A stretch of DNA of 64,000 nucleotides from Eledone cirrhosa. Its lineage: Eukaryota. The stretch lies in assembly GCA_964016885.1 (NCBI GenBank), contig OZ024755.1:28272001-28336000 (forward strand), written 5' to 3'. The notes beneath the pieces were generated by a model that was given only the letters and a program-made list of their open reading frames with translations, was not told where the DNA came from and did not search any database. Shown in pieces: positions 26,828-42,624 of this stretch (the first letter of the stretch is position 1; each line of letters starts with the position of its first letter). Made by a program: the position numbers and the translations under genes.

Positions 26828-26991
26828 CTTTATAATAATGTTTTATTAATTTATCTTGACTCTGTTTTCCGTTTATTTTTCACCGAAAGTAGTTTTTGAA
26901 TGCATCTTCTCTTTTCATGATATCCGGATTACATTGAGTTCTTCATACGGATTGGACACTACCGTAAACCTTTGGTAGATTTATCTATCTA

Positions 26992-27030
<39 letters not shown>

Positions 27031-27035
<5 letters not shown>

Positions 27036-27241
27036 AACGAGTAGGACCCCGACGGCTGAGCTCAAGCCGTTTCGACGGCTAATTCAGGACCAGAATTCTG
27101 AGTCCAGAATTAGCCGTCGAAACGGCTTGAGCTCAGCCGTCGGGGTCCTACTCGTTCCTATTACCTACTCTACTACCCTAAGTATTGAGTACTTTGGTGC
27201 GTTATGGTCCACCTGGTTCCTTGCCACATTTCCTTCGTTAT
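27031..27241. mobile_element. PLE 3' end (family of 406-2838) with fold-back
   Basis: Inverted repeat 27031-27160; ends CCACATTTCCTTCGTTA(TA)n. Confidence 0.8.
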
Positions 27242-27649
27242 ATATATATATGTATGAATGAAGTTAGTCCTTCATCAGTGATCTTCCAACCTCCATTGGT
27301 ATTTCATCGCTTTAAAGACCATATACCTCTGGTTGGTGCGAGCAACGGCTAGAGAAAGTCGTTTGGACACGTAAATAAGGGGAATGAGCGAGACTGTAAA
27401 CAAACAAAGATGGTAATGCAACGGAAAGTGAGGAAGAAGGAGTCCCAGATTTCCATGAATATAAGTTCGGTGAAATCGTGAACGGGAGAGAATATATCTA
27501 CCACCTTTTTTTAAAATAATGTTTATAATGTCTTTCCACCACTCCCCCACACAGCCTCGGAACTATCTTCCTGCCCACTTTTTCTCCTGATGAAGGGCTT
27601 ATGCCCGAAACGTCGTCCCTCACTCCACACTCTCAAGCGTGAAACTAAT

Positions 27650-27818
27650 AATGGTTTCTTATATAGGCACAAGGCCAGTAATTTGGGGGGAGGGTAAAGT
27701 AGATTAAATCGACCCCATAAGGATGAAACGGGATTTGAGCTCAGATCATAAAGAGCCGTAACTCTATGCTGCAAAGCATGGCGTCCGACCCTCTACCGAT
27801 ACTACCAATCCACCGCCC
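27650..27818 (-). mobile_element. SINE family 1
   Basis: Reverse complement of the consensus; TSD-like AAGCGTGAAACTAATAAT on both sides. Confidence 0.8.
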
Positions 27819-28217
27819 TAAGCGTGAAACTAATAATAACATTTGTTCTGCCTCTTCGTTTCCACGTTTTTATTTTTTGTTTTCTGTTTACTGTCTCAAT
27901 TTTCGGTCAACAATGTCTACAGATGCCACGGCTTGAATGTTGCCCTCCGCGACGCAAACCAGAGATTCGCGATTCTTCCTGTGGAAGACTAGCAGTAACC
28001 CATACAAACCAGTCTCCTTTCACCTCACCGCATATATCGTCCAAAGGAAACGCGAAAGCCGATACAGCTTGTAACTAGTAACGTTAGAACTGATTACTAT
28101 ACCTCAGTGAAAGAGAGATACTAGAAGTAAATTACTTAACTGAAGAACAGAACATATCACTCGCTCCGAGAATCGAGCTCACAAACTCTCGACTGTGAAT
28201 CCGACTCAATAACGGCG

Positions 28218-28268
<51 letters not shown>

Positions 28269-28345
28269 ATTGTATACATATATATATATATATATAAACG
28301 AAAATATATATATTCATTTATATATATATCAATATATATATATTC

Positions 28346-28393
<48 letters not shown>

Positions 28394-28436
28394 ATATATA
28401 TATTTATATATATTGATATATATATATATATATAAA

Positions 28437-28504
<68 letters not shown>

Positions 28505-28603
28505 TGTATACATATATATATATAAACGAAAATATATATATTCATTTATATATATATATCAATATATATATATATATATTAATATATATATATATATATA
28601 TAT

Positions 28604-28637
<34 letters not shown>

Positions 28638-28725
28638 ATATATATATATATATATAAATGAATATTTATATATATATATATTGATATATATATATATAAA
28701 TGAATATATATATATATATATATAT

Positions 28726-28765
<40 letters not shown>

Positions 28766-30024
28766 GAATATATATATATATATTGATATATATATAAAAG
28801 AATATATATATATTCGTTTATATATATATATCTATATATATATATATATATATATATGTATACAATTATTTCTCCATGAATGTGTATAGGTTTACACGAG
28901 AAATCTAAGGCTACGTTTTGAGGGTCTATAGAACTATATTCTTACTAAATACTTGGCACTATGTTACCACCGTGAGAAACTGTTGATTTCTCTCCATAAC
29001 TGTTGTTTATGCTTTGTTTCTGTGTCATGTCTGTCTCTCTGTTGTGGTTATTTGTTCTCAAATAAAGGTGTTCATTCATTGCTGTATCCTATTCAAATTT
29101 TCTCATTATTCGTGTATTACAAATCTTGCTATTCAACTTTACATATTATACCAGGCTTCAATAATTCTATTTAGAAAGTTGAAATTGATGAGAATATCCC
29201 ATTTTTCCCGAGGTTGCATACAGTTAAAATATTTTTTTTCCTTGAGCCATTATAGATACGTTAGCACATGATAGAATAAAAGCCAAAGTATATAACAATA
29301 ATTTCTAAATTAAACAAAGACACACGCAGTTTAATGACTGGTGTATCCGATTCTATTAATGTTTAGTTCTTGAATAGTACATTCTGTTCTTCGAAGCTGA
29401 AAGATTGATTGACAATCTTGAGAAAAATATATTTGAACTCAGAACGTAGCAATATATATCTAACTGCAACAAGGCATATTATTCAGCACTGAACCGATCA
29501 ATCATACATGGCCGTCATTCTTTCTTCTTTTAATAAGCAGGTTTTCTAATTTAGTTACAAGGTGAATCATTTTGGGCCAGAGTCAATAATATCGAAACCA
29601 GTACGTGCCAGTTACTTATTTTATCAACAGCGGACGAATGATACGGAATTTACTTTATTAGGAATTTGAACATCATACTAATTAGAGCCATAACTAAATA
29701 TATATTTCGTCCAACAGTTAAATGGTCTTTCCATCAATGTCCCTTGCACCTTTATCTATTGGGTATGACCTGAATGGCAGGGGTATTTACTTACATATTC
29801 AGAATATCAGCTATATTGGCAGGAGTTTTGATAAGGTTACAGTCAGTTAGTGTTACATTCTATTACGGGCAGAGGAAGAATGAAAACTAAGATCAAATAC
29901 GTTGGATTTGAATTCAGAAATAAAGAAATATGTACAATGAAATACCGTAAATATGTAAGTTAAGTTCTTTGTTTGATATGCTATGCTTAATTAGAAAGTG
30001 ACAAGCTCTATAATAATCTGGCAC

Positions 30025-30320
30025 ACGGAAGAGCCGATCTCCCAATGTCATCGCCTCCATCTCTCTCGCCCTCCCCATCTCTCTGTATTATGAGCAAATG
30101 ATGTCCCACGTGTTGGCCGCCTCACAGCCCCGGCGGACAGAATGGAGAAGGCGTTTCCCGGGAGGATAGTAAGGGAGGTGCATTGGAAGTGCCATTCCAT
30201 CTCGTGAGGTTCACAACTGTGGCTGGCCAGTTCAGCGCCTATGGTGGTGAGTAGGGAGGTAGCCCTAGGGCCAAAGACAACAGAAGTCTCCACTGCTAAG
30301 GGCACGACCGGTACATGACT
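30025..30320 (-). mobile_element. CRE-like LINE 3' end
   Basis: PLAVETSVVFGPRA..SLTILPGNAFSIL; the 3' UTR recurs at ~48488-48545. Confidence 0.65.
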
Positions 30321-31453
30321 TGACAGAGTTGTTAGATGGTCGAGTAAGAAAATTCGCCATGTATATTCCGTGGCTATGCTACCTCAGATCAAATCCAATC
30401 TGAAGTAAAATGTTGTCTGCGCTGATGCTGATGCTGATGCTGATAGTGCTCATGGTGATAACAATGATGATGTTGATTATGATGATGACAATGATGGTGT
30501 TGATTATGATTATGATGATGATGATATGGATGATTCTGATGTAGATGATGATGATGATGATATGGATGATTCTGATGTAGGTGATGATAATGATGATGAT
30601 TAATCCAATATTAACGATCACACTCATCACCAGATTCTACTTTCTCACCATCACCACCCTTCCTATCACCGTCATCATACGATCAACATCTCCATCGTTA
30701 TCATCCTTATTATGACGGTCGATAAAATAAAGTACCAGTAATGCACTTGGGTAATTGCTGGCTTTGTGCCAAAAGTAGAAACAATTATGACAATAATTTC
30801 AATGTTAAGATAAAAACGATAAATATGTCGACATAAATGCATACTTTTCTTGCAATGTACTCATTTATTTTCATTGAAGATGTATAAAAGGTACTTGACG
30901 TATAACCACGTAATATATGATTGCTAAAAATTGTATCGATCCAGGTAAAAATAAAAAGGACGTTGAAAGTCATTCTACGCTGGCCGAATCTCAAAAATAG
31001 TCTAAACACTCTGCTTCCCACTGCAAAAGATTTATAAGGTAAATATTACCGATATTTATATTTTCTTTTAAGTACAAACGATAATAACTATTTGTAGTAG
31101 GGAAGATTTTGTCTTGTATTTTATCAATTTTTGTCTAAAATCAACCCTACATACAACCCCACCCTCGCATTGTATGTGCTATTATGCATTGAACATGTGG
31201 AAATATACAACAGCAGCTATCTACCAATGTGCTAGTCGTCCCCCTTTGTTATATAATGAATACAAATCACTGGCATGTATATGTCTTGAAATATTTATGC
31301 AATTATGAATAAATTCATACAAGATAGTATTAATATATATATAAATGTATATATATATATATGTATATATATATGTATATATATGTATATATATATGTAT
31401 ATATATGTATGTATATGTATATATATGTATGTATATATATGTATATATATATG

Positions 31454-31486
<33 letters not shown>

Positions 31487-31789
31487 GTATATATATTATA
31501 GTTTAAAAAATAATTAAAAAAAATATATGATCAACACTACTGTGTTTTTTTTTGCAAAATGACAATAATAAAAAAAAAAAAAAAAATAAAAATAAAAATT
31601 ATTGTCATTTTACAAAAAAAACACAGTAGTGTAAATTATTTTTTAAACTATAATGTAATGCTCAGAAGTATTTTCTTAGAGCTTAATATTTGTAACTGAC
31701 TACTAAACTGAAATATGTATATATATATGTATGTATATATATGTATATATATGTATGGATATATATCTATATATATATGTATATATATG

Positions 31790-31820
<31 letters not shown>

Positions 31821-31855
31821 GTATATATATATGTATGTATGTATATATATACATA

Positions 31856-31939
<84 letters not shown>

Positions 31940-32379
31940 TATGTATATATATACATACATACATATATATATACATATATATATATATATACATATATAT
32001 ATATGTATATATATATAACGGCGATGAATCAGTACTATACAAACATGCCAGACAACAACACGACGGTAACATAGACAACATAGAAATTAGAATAATATCT
32101 AAACATAGAAATGTCTAGAAATAGCTTGCTAAGTCTAAATTGACTTGGCAAGTTATTTAGAACACAGGTTTAACCGCTTTACTTCCCTCCGAAGAAGAGA
32201 TATTATCTCGAAAATTAAGGACATTTAAATAAATCTAAGTTAAAAGACTAATTGTCAACAATATCTTTTGCATTTGCATTCTTTATTCTATGTCCATACC
32301 TGCATTGTTTTGGCTTTATTATACATATACAAACGTTTAAACCTCATTACACAATGCTTCAAGTGAACGATAACTTCCT

Positions 32380-32414
<35 letters not shown>

Positions 32415-34476
32415 TTACTTTCTGAGGGCAGCAGATGAGTTTCACACACACACATCTGTGAGGTCTTCATTGACGACGATTACAAAAGGAGACTCAGAGT
32501 AAAAAAAGTAGTCACTGAAAAGGTCACAGAATGTTTGAGATGTAGCTTCGACATTCATCAACTATAAAACATGTTTATTAAACTAACCGACAGGAAATTA
32601 TAATAAAAAATTGAAGTGCGTGTGTTTTATTGGAAGTATGACCCTCACAAAGTATAGCAATGTCTGCTTCAACGCAAGTTTTCACATAAACAATCTTGCA
32701 AAACACATACAAAACGAAGTATTCATAGATTGAATGTATATATCTGTACGTATATTTATGTGCGTATATATATATATATTTTTGTACGTATGTATATTTT
32801 TGTGTCTATGTTTACGTTTCTGACTATATCAATGTTTATTCCTCAATAACGTCGCCTTTTGACAAAACAAAAGATCGATTGATCGATAGATTGGTACATT
32901 CGACTAAATAATTGCTTAGCCCAGTCTGAAACCAGAAAAAAATATACAAAGATAATAAATCATTCTCCTCCTCCTTTTCTTCTTCTTTTTCTTTTTTTTT
33001 CTATTTCCTTTTTCTTTCTTTTTCTTCTTTTTCTTCTTCCCCTCCTCCTCCTCGCCCAAGCTATATTACTATATGTCTCACTTCGTTCTCGTTACATCTT
33101 GCGTAACATTTGCAACCACTAATACAATCCTCGTAATTACCAACTCCATCCACCCCTTTCCAGCTGTCCACTAGAAATGTCACGCCTGAGTAGCTGACGC
33201 AGTTGGAAAATTGACCTCAATCTAATCCCCCCCACCCACACCTACCTAACCACAAATACTTGCTGAAGGAATCTGCCACATTCGTATTCATGTCCATACA
33301 CCGACTGACCGGAAGATAGAAACGACATCTGCATAAAATTAACTCTACTGTAGAACCTAATGGAACCCAAGTTTAAATGGACTAGATCGCTGCAATGACT
33401 GCACTCGTTAGCAAATTATTTGTATACGAATGTAAGTATGGAATAACGAGATGCTGTGTACCCACATGCGAGTTACGCATATAAACATACATATCTGAGA
33501 ACGTCTATCCATACATACATACATACATACATTCGCATGAACGCATTTATGCAATTGGATGATGGCACGCAAGTGGAAGCTTCTGTGTGAATATGTGAGT
33601 GTGTGTTTTAAGTCGCTTTTATGCATGTGCTTCTATATATACTTTATTACACCTATATAGGTGAAACTAATCAAAATGTACAAATTATATGCTTATGGAC
33701 GTCAGAGAAAGGGTGGAGAAAGAGAGATAATTGGTAGAGTGGCAGAGAGAGAGAGAGAGAGAGACTAAAGGAGTAAAAGAAGCAAAGATGATGTGTCTGG
33801 CTATAAGTATCTGCTAGAGAAAATTATATTTTTCTAAGGTGGATAAACTAAAATCCGAGCATTTTAATAACAGATATGTGTGAATTAGCCGAGCTTTGTT
33901 TTCATAGCTACTCTTGATATTTAAAAGCTGTCAATAAAAATACACACTTGATTACCCCACGGCAGCTGTACATTTCAAACATGACCATATCTTTACGCAT
34001 GAACTCATTTGTATGCACGTACACATACACATACAGGTTAGTGCACTTATACATACATACACATGTTAGAATACTTACTTACACATACATATATACGCTC
34101 ACACATCCAGTACTCTTCAGCTAAATTACTAATTACTTAGTTTGTTAATGTATTCGTGGCTATTATTTGGTAATGTACTGGGTAATTGCTGGCCTTGTGC
34201 CAAAAGTAGAAACAATTATTTTGTGTTCAGTTGGATTGGCAGTATCGGTAGACCGTCAGACACCGTGCTTTGCAGCATAGAGTTATGGCCCTTTACGTTC
34301 TGAATACAATTCCCGCAGAGGTTAACTTTCATCCTTACGGGGTTGATAAAATAAAGCACCAATAATAAAGAGGAGGTAATTGCTGGCCTAGGGCCAAAAG
34401 TTGAAACAAGTATCGGGTTCAATTGGGGACAACCACAGTAAGGTGCTCAATATATTTCTAGAGTGTGCACAATAAG

Positions 34477-34544
<68 letters not shown>

Positions 34545-34546
<2 letters not shown>

Positions 34547-34685
34547 TCCAGAAATAGCCGTCGAAACGGCTTCAGCTCTGCCGTCGGGGTCATACTTGTT
34601 CCTATTACCCACTCTACTACCCTAAGTATTGAGTACTTTGGTGCGTTATGGTCCTTCTGGTTCCTTACCACAACTCCTTCGTTAT
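34545..34685 (+). mobile_element. PLE 3' end (family of 406-2838), 5'-truncated inside HHR stem II
   Basis: AGTCCAGAAATAGCCGTCGAAACGGC..GCCGTCGGGGTCATAC..CCTTCGTTA. Confidence 0.8.
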
Positions 34686-36637
34686 ACATACATACATACA
34701 TACATACATACATGGTGAGGTTGTGTGTGTATGCGTATGTGTCTGTGTGGGGGTTACAAAAACGCTCATATATATATTGCTGTAGCTTTCAAAGGATAAT
34801 ATCGAAAGAATTTTGTGTTTTTCTCGTGGCATGATACCCCTGACATATATACTCATAGTTATCTTTGCCATAACAATCTTGTCCGTCATCCGCATGGTAC
34901 CCAGTACCACGTTGAAAAACGCGTGCAGATGATTTAAACTTGCGAGTGTAATTTCAAGTAGATGTGTCTACTACTTCTAGCAGATGGAGTGGTCCCACAA
35001 CTGCTTCCTCTCTGACCCTTGATTTGACATGTGTCAATATACAGTGTGTATATACTGACAATAAAAACAGTAAAACGCGTGATTATATAAGCTGCTCTCG
35101 GTGTATGTATCCGTCAAGCTGTCACGAACTCATTCCTAGTTAATAGACTTGAATTAATCCCATACACCAATTAGTGTCTATTGAAAACAACCTGACACAC
35201 ACACACACACACACACACACGCATATATATGCACACACACTAACATAGAGAGAGACAGACAGACATATAGAAAGGTAATTAAAAAGGTTCATATATATAT
35301 ATACACATATACTCACACATACCCACACATATTGGAGCTCACATTGTAAAATTCATCCGGTGTTTCTATGCCCAAATCCACAATATTTCAAATTGCTATG
35401 TAGACAATTGAAACATCTTATATAATTAAGTACATCTCTTACACATTGTCGTCCAATCTTTATTTAATCATTATTATAAGCCTCTATATTTTGTTCACCT
35501 AATGTTTGCAACAATATAAAAATAGGCGTTGCAGCGCGTATGACTTGTTTGTCTGTGATTGTAGTCCTGCTCTATCGAGATAGACGTTGAACTAAACTTT
35601 AAATACTACGATGGAAAACTAAATAATATCAGGATTCTCCAAAGACATTGCACTATTCTCCTGTGTAAGAGATAGTTCCACATTGAATACTTGACTTTAT
35701 CTTTCGCTAGTGAAAGTCGGTTTTCAAAGGGAGCGACAGATTCGATTTCTGGTCTACATTTCTCCTTTCAAAATATTTTCCCATTATGCACCCTTTTGGC
35801 TGTATTACATTACAGGCAAGCAAGCAATCACATACTTTTAGTATTATATAGATAGATACATAGATATGTTTCTTTTATTTGCCACCAGGGCATCAAAAGT
35901 GGGACAAGTACAAAGGGGGGAGTTTACACAAAAAGGCGTCCTCAATAAGGAGGAGGCAATAACAAAATATAAAAATAAAATAAAATATAACAAAAAATAA
36001 AATTTGTAACAAAATCCTCAATAGAGAGGAGGCGCCTTGGGGGGTCGCACACACCCCCGAAAAAAGTGTGCAACCCTTTTCCTCAGGAGCACAGAGAGGG
36101 GTGCTCCCTCGTTCCTTCCTCTTTTCCACCTACAGTAAAGAGAAGGGCCATTCACACGGGCCATTCTCGCCACTTTCACCCACCTTTCATAAAAACGACT
36201 GGATAGATACATAGATAGATAGATAGATGGCATTGATATATTTGGTGGATATTTGTTTTTGTCACTACAACGTATTCAGTCAATTCACCTTGATATTCAA
36301 GGAAATGGCTACTAGTTTATTTGGTATAGAACTCAGAACACTGCATTTTATTAATAATTAATACAGAGCTTATGAAGGCACAAATGGCAAGTTGGACATC
36401 TTTGTAAGACATAGAGCTATCATACATCAACTCTACTAATTCATTAATATTCCCATTTTTGCTGTTCTTACCGATGAATGTATTATTTGTGCTGTTGGTG
36501 TTGGATATCATTACTGAGAGAGCTGTTCCAGGCTTAATTATTCTGTATACGATCTTGTTTTATTCAGACACATTATATGTTGGACTATATTATCTAATGG
36601 GTACTTCATACTCTAAAAACAATGCTTAACGATTTAG

Positions 36638-36827
36638 TGTCAGGTCACTCTTGAGTGCTACTGGCAGCATGTAACCCAGTACAACCTGTCGCATGGTCAG
36701 TTCGTCGGTGATTCAACCGGCAACTCCACCAAGTTTACTTGGTGAGGAGGGTGATTTTGGACATCCTGCAGGACAAAAGCCAAAACCTGACAAAGGGCAG
36801 AAGATCTCATAACAGTCAACGGCCATC
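36638..36827 (+). mobile_element. Divergent relative of one end of the 610-bp element
   Basis: GTCAGGTCAC..GTGCTACTGG..CCCAGTACAACC..TTGGTGAGGAGGGTGA. Confidence 0.7.
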
Positions 36828-37483
36828 TAAAAAAAAACAAAAAAAACACCCAGCGAAATAAATGGGTGGCAGTAGTTCCAGCTGCACGCATCGAAAGACT
36901 GGTGTCGTGGTTCTGAGAACAATGCGGCTTTGCAGATGATCAATGCAAATTGGCAATGGAAAGGTGTTCCCGCGCGGGTTAGAAGAGAACTATTTACCTT
37001 CAGGAGATTGTATTCAACAACGGAAACATATATGAAGTACAGCAAATCGAATGCTCCTAGGAGCGGGCCTGGTTATTCTTATTGTCGAGTGTAAACTCGG
37101 CCAGATTAGATTAGATTAGATCAACGGTTTAAGTAAAAACTTTAAAACTATTAGTTCATGCAGTTCACGTTAACATGTAAATCTACCATCGTTGACCCAC
37201 CGATAAATCTCTTGACCAGACAGATAACTAGATATTCAGTACCCGAAGACGAGAGAACCGCAAAAGCAACATAATAGAAATAGCAGCCAATTCGTAATTA
37301 AACCCCTCACTATAAATTAGCCAAGTGAACAATATTTCTAAAAAGAAAAATGTGTGTATGAGATAGTCGTGGATCCAAAGCATTGTATCACAGATCTGCA
37401 CAACCAGAGCTGACCTCAGCCCTGAACACCAATAACAATAAAAACGAAAGCAGCACAAAAGACGGAAAGACGGTGCGAATTTG

Positions 37484-37516
<33 letters not shown>

Positions 37517-37953
37517 GTGAAACAAAAACATGTAAATAGATTGGGTCGGGTATTTTACTACATAAAAAAAAAACCGCATATTAATAAAGTAGCGATTACA
37601 TTAAAGATACGACACTGTTTGTGTTGAAATTCTAAGCTGTCTTTTATCTGTTGACTTATTTAAGTAGCACATTCCCTACATTCTCATTTTTGTTCTCGGT
37701 CGTATAGATATACACACAGGGTAACAGTACCTAGATTTCCTGGAATGTTAGTCGGGTACTGCTTAGTTCAATTTCTGAATTCCTGACCTTATTTCAGGGT
37801 TAATGTTCGTCCTATTAGATAATATAGTTTGACTAACTACTACAGATAAATGAATACTTTTTTTTTAGACTTGTAAGTAAAGGGACACCTGGTGAATGGC
37901 AGTTAATACACATAATGCACATAATTGTAAATATGATGATGACGATGGCGACA

Positions 37954-37991
<38 letters not shown>

Positions 37992-38022
37992 AAGGATGAT
38001 GATGAAAAGGATGATGATGACA

Positions 38023-38053
<31 letters not shown>

Positions 38054-38351
38054 CAATGATGACGACGGTGATGATGATGATGATGATGATGACAATGATG
38101 ACGACGTTGACGGCGGTGAGTAGTAGGAGGAGAAGGAGCAGTGGGGGAGAACAGGGGGTTACTAGAACGTCTGACGTCAGCACAAATTCAGAAATGCTGT
38201 CGGAGAGAGAGAGGAGGATTTTTTGACATTTCATTCGATTTCTCTAAGATCTCCGCTACAAATGTTACTGCGAGGCTGACGCTTAGATTTGTTTTTGTAA
38301 CAACATAAAAACGCGACATATATATATTAGCAAGTTGTATCTATTAATGTA

Positions 38352-38868
38352 TGTCACCTTCATCACCTTCACCGACCAGTCTGTCGGGCGTCCATTCGGC
38401 GCCGCTGGTCACAGCACGCCGTCCATTCCTCTCTGGATCGTCGTGCTTTCCTCATCCATGTATTCCCAATCGTATTCCTAAAAATCGCAACTCCACCTTC
38501 GTGGAGGCCTTCCGAGTGGTCGCTTCCGCTCGCGCGGGTACCACTCGGCAACTGCGCGGGTCCACCGATAATTATCGGTGAACCGGGCGACGTGTCCAGC
38601 CCATCTGAACTTGCTGCGCATATATTTCGTGAGGACGTCCCTCACGCCGCACCTCTGTCTGATGACTTAGCCCCTGATGTGCTCTCTCAACGAGATTCCT
38701 AGCATTGATCTCTCCATGGCTCTTTGAGCCGTTACCAGCCTCTGTTCTTCTCTCTTCGTTGTAGCCCAAGTTTCACTGCCATATAACATTGCAGGTAAAA
38801 CTGTGCTATTGAAGAGGTTGGCACGAGTGGTATTGTCCAACCTCTCCTTGAGCAAATCCCTTATGCCG
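38352..38868 (-). mobile_element. RTE LINE 3' fragment (RT thumb region)
   Basis: RANLFNSTVLPAMLYGSETWA..QRAMERSMLGISLREH, KFRWAGHVAR. Confidence 0.85.
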
Positions 38869-38919
38869 TATGTATGTATGTATGTATGTATGTATGTATG
38901 TATGTATGTATGTATGTAT

Positions 38920-39515
38920 GTCAGGTCACCAGTTGGTGCTACTGGTAACATGTATCCCAGGACAACCTGTCTCATGGTCGGGTCGTTGGCGACTAAACTG
39001 GCAACCCCACCAAGGTTTCTTGGTGAGGAGGGTGACTTTGGATATGCTGCAGAACTAAAAACAATACCTGTCAAAGGGAAAAGGAGCTCTTAAGTGTGAA
39101 TGGCCATCCAAAATCACCGGGAGAGATGACCCCTTATCCTTTGTCAAGGCAGAATTCTAGGCGAAGGAAAACTCTGATATAACACCTGCAACCCTGATGG
39201 TATCCAATGATGTTGACATGTTCTTCTTTTTGGTAAATATCATCTTGGTTAAGAGAGTAGGACTGGCTTTGTGCAGTGCCTTTGCTCACTATAAAAGCTT
39301 CACGGCACAGGCATTGCTTTATATCTGGAGATCTCTCTGCACTCCAAAGGCCCAGCACTATGTGTCAATAATTGTCACAAGTGTAGTGTTTGTACCAGAG
39401 TTTTCAAGTCGCTGGCTGGACTAAAAAGTCACACTCGTTCAGCGCATCGGTAGGGGTTCTCCTACATGGATATAAAGTAGTGGCCGTACTCGAAAACAAG
39501 TTAGCAGCCAGCATG
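38920..39515 (+). mobile_element. ~610-bp element, copy 3 (inverted relative to copies 1 and 2), flanked by (TATG)n
   Basis: Reverse complement of 4039-4649. Confidence 0.85.
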
Positions 39516-39604
39516 TATGTATGTATGTATGTATGTATGTATGTATGTATGTATGTATGTATGTATGTATGTATGTATTTATGTATGTATGTATGTATGT
39601 ATGT

Positions 39605-39900
39605 ATCTCTTTCTCTTAATTTCGAGTACATTTATGACCGGCCAGCTTCCTCGTGGCAATGTTGTAAAAGAAAAATTGTCATCCCTTGAATCGCAAGAAT
39701 GTTTTGAAAATTTTGAAGGTGCCAGCTATCGCAGCTATTTGTAGTCTATGAATTAGGGAGCTGCGCTCTTTGTCCACAAATCCAAGTTCAATTATACTTT
39801 GGTCCAAGCGGGTTGGTATATAACCCGTAGCTCCAATAATAATGGGTATGAAGTTGAAGGTGTATCTTGGATACTCGATCTGCAAAATCCTCATCAATGG
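39605..39900 (-). mobile_element. R4/Dong-like RLE LINE 3' end, copy 2, in (CATA)n
   Basis: Translation nearly identical to the C-terminus of ORF 4746..5504. Confidence 0.9.
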
Positions 39901-40202
39901 TATGTAGATGTATGTATGTATCAGTAGATGTATGTTCTGGTTTTATAATTTTATAAATTTTTACTAATAGAGAAAGAGTGGGCTTCTAACATAGACACAA
40001 GAATCACTCATTGGAATTTACACAACATCACCTAGGTAGATATGTATGCAATTATATATGCATGGTTGTGAGTGCAGGTATGGATGTTATAGTATGTGTG
40101 GATATCTTTGTTTTGTGTTATATGTGTGCATGTGCTTATGCTTTGTATCTGTATATTGTAATGCAGAAGTTTTATGTATATATATGTGCATGTTAATATG
40201 TA

Positions 40203-40339
<137 letters not shown>

Positions 40340-40518
40340 TAAAGATACTATTTATAGTTATGTATATACTATAAACAACTATAAACAGGAAAGGTTTACT
40401 ACCTTATTAAATATATTACTACCTTATTAAATATAACTTAACATATGTAATGGATGAGAAATTTGAACTATACTTGTGTAATTTATATGTATATATATAT
40501 GTATATATGTATATATAT

Positions 40519-40558
<40 letters not shown>

Positions 40559-40579
40559 CTATATATATATATATCTATA

Positions 40580-40626
<47 letters not shown>

Positions 40627-40733
40627 TGGGTAATTCCGAAGGAAAAGCAAAGAAAAAAAAGAGTGCTCTACGTATAGTACAGAGCTATTAATTAGAAAGT
40701 GAACAACACAAAATATAACTACTGCATTACCCA

Positions 40734-40794
<61 letters not shown>

Positions 40795-40875
40795 ATATAT
40801 AGAATTAGTTGGAGTGAACATTTTAGTAAGTAAGTTAATTTTTTATTTTTAAAATTTTCTTATTTTACGTCTTTC

Positions 40876-40969
<94 letters not shown>

Positions 40970-41249
40970 CTGTGTGTGAATCTGTGCGCGTGTGTTTGTG
41001 CTCGCGCGCGCGTGCGTGCATGTATGTATGCATATAATCAACAATGGCTTCCAATGGCTCTGAACCTATCCAAGCGTCTCTGACATACATCAGTATATTG
41101 ACATTGAACTGACATAGAAAAAAACATTATTGATTCCATTAAATGTATGTAATTACACACACATTTGTAAAGAGTAGGAACATGTGAAAATGAGAGTAAG
41201 AAGCAGATAAATGCAACGAAATAAACCGACAGATGGAGAGAAACATATA

Positions 41250-41834
41250 TCTATATCTATATATATAAAGTTGGAGTTCCTGTCTGTTTGTGTATTTGTT
41301 TGTGTATTTCTTTGTTTGTTCACGAACTCCTCCTATGGTTTTGGAGATAGACCCCCTCCCCCCCCCCCATAACCATATATATATTCTGAAACTAAACTGC
41401 CCCGGCTCCTTGGATAAGTATATTTCATTTTAATCAAAGGGTTCCCCGGGGGCACAAAACCCTGCTGAAACTTTTTTCCCTTCGATTTATATGAAATTTA
41501 AACCATATATGAATGACAAGATATGATGCCTATTCACAACATTTCAGCAAATTCTAATAATATTAAGACACCCTAATGGGAGTTAAACCCCCTATAGGGA
41601 AAATTTTGGAACCCAATAACTTGAGTATTGAAACCTTTATTATCACGGGGTGTTTCTATTAATTAAACGTAAATCAACAAAAGAAAAAGCACCTCTCTTT
41701 CATAGTAAAATTTAGCAAATTTAGACATTTTATCTATGGCTAAACATCACTAGAATTATGGCAACAAACATTATTAGTTAATGCCTCTACTTTTTTATGT
41801 GTCAAACGCAACAACGCACGGGTAATTCGGCTAG
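41250..41834 (+). mobile_element. Non-autonomous Helitron
   Basis: 5' TCTATA..TATAAAG followed by TGTY repeats; 3' CAACGCACGGGTA..CTAG followed by T. Confidence 0.65.
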
Positions 41835-42285
41835 TATATCTATCTATCTATCTATCTAAGGCGGGTAAAATTCCCGAGATCCATAGACGAGTTCTCTCCA
41901 GCGGTCTCTGTCCCTCATTATCGCTGCCATGTCCTTTGGGAGCCCCTACATGGACACACTAGACGAGGAAGACCATGGTTAACGTATGTTGATGCCCTAA
42001 GGACAGACACTGGTCTGTTGGAGGCGTAGTATATATATATATAAAGGGTGAATAATAAAACTGATCAACTCTACGGTAGCGTTTATTAAACCCTACTGTA
42101 CAGGTGATCGTGTTATTTTTCACTCCTTATTATTACTACCTAGAGACTCTCTGGAATCGGCCACCCGAGTACCACAAATAAGTAAAAATCTTGTCGAGTC
42201 AAACAATGCCAAACGTTAGAATTATCTACGGAACAGATTACTCATAACCTCTTCTTGGATTACAATAGACGATACCTCATTTACT

Positions 42286-42430
<145 letters not shown>

Positions 42431-42624
42431 GCATGTCCAGGGTTCTTTCTGGGGTATACTCCAATACATAGAGTATATACAAAGGTTTAATATGGAAATG
42501 GCCTCTGCAGGGATAGAGCTGTTTCATTCCAAGTAAATCATCAAGAATGCCCTCATCATTTCCTTTCTATGAAACAGTTCTACTCCTGTAGACGCCTTTT
42601 CTACATTAAACCTTATATATATAT

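Noticed and set aside
27581-27622. CTGATGAAGGGCTTATGCCCGAAACGTCGTC hammerhead core
   Set aside because: Core and stem II are clear but no stem I pairing was found; at best a degenerate PLE-type motif.
32186-32220. CCGAAGA-AGAGATATTATCTC-GAAA HHR-like motif (similar weak cases at 23877-23935 and 45622-45658)
   Set aside because: Core is mutated and stem III or I is missing; not supportable as a ribozyme.
37833-38234. Host exon candidate next to a (GAT)n tract
   Set aside because: No recognisable protein similarity or convincing splice context; mostly repeat.
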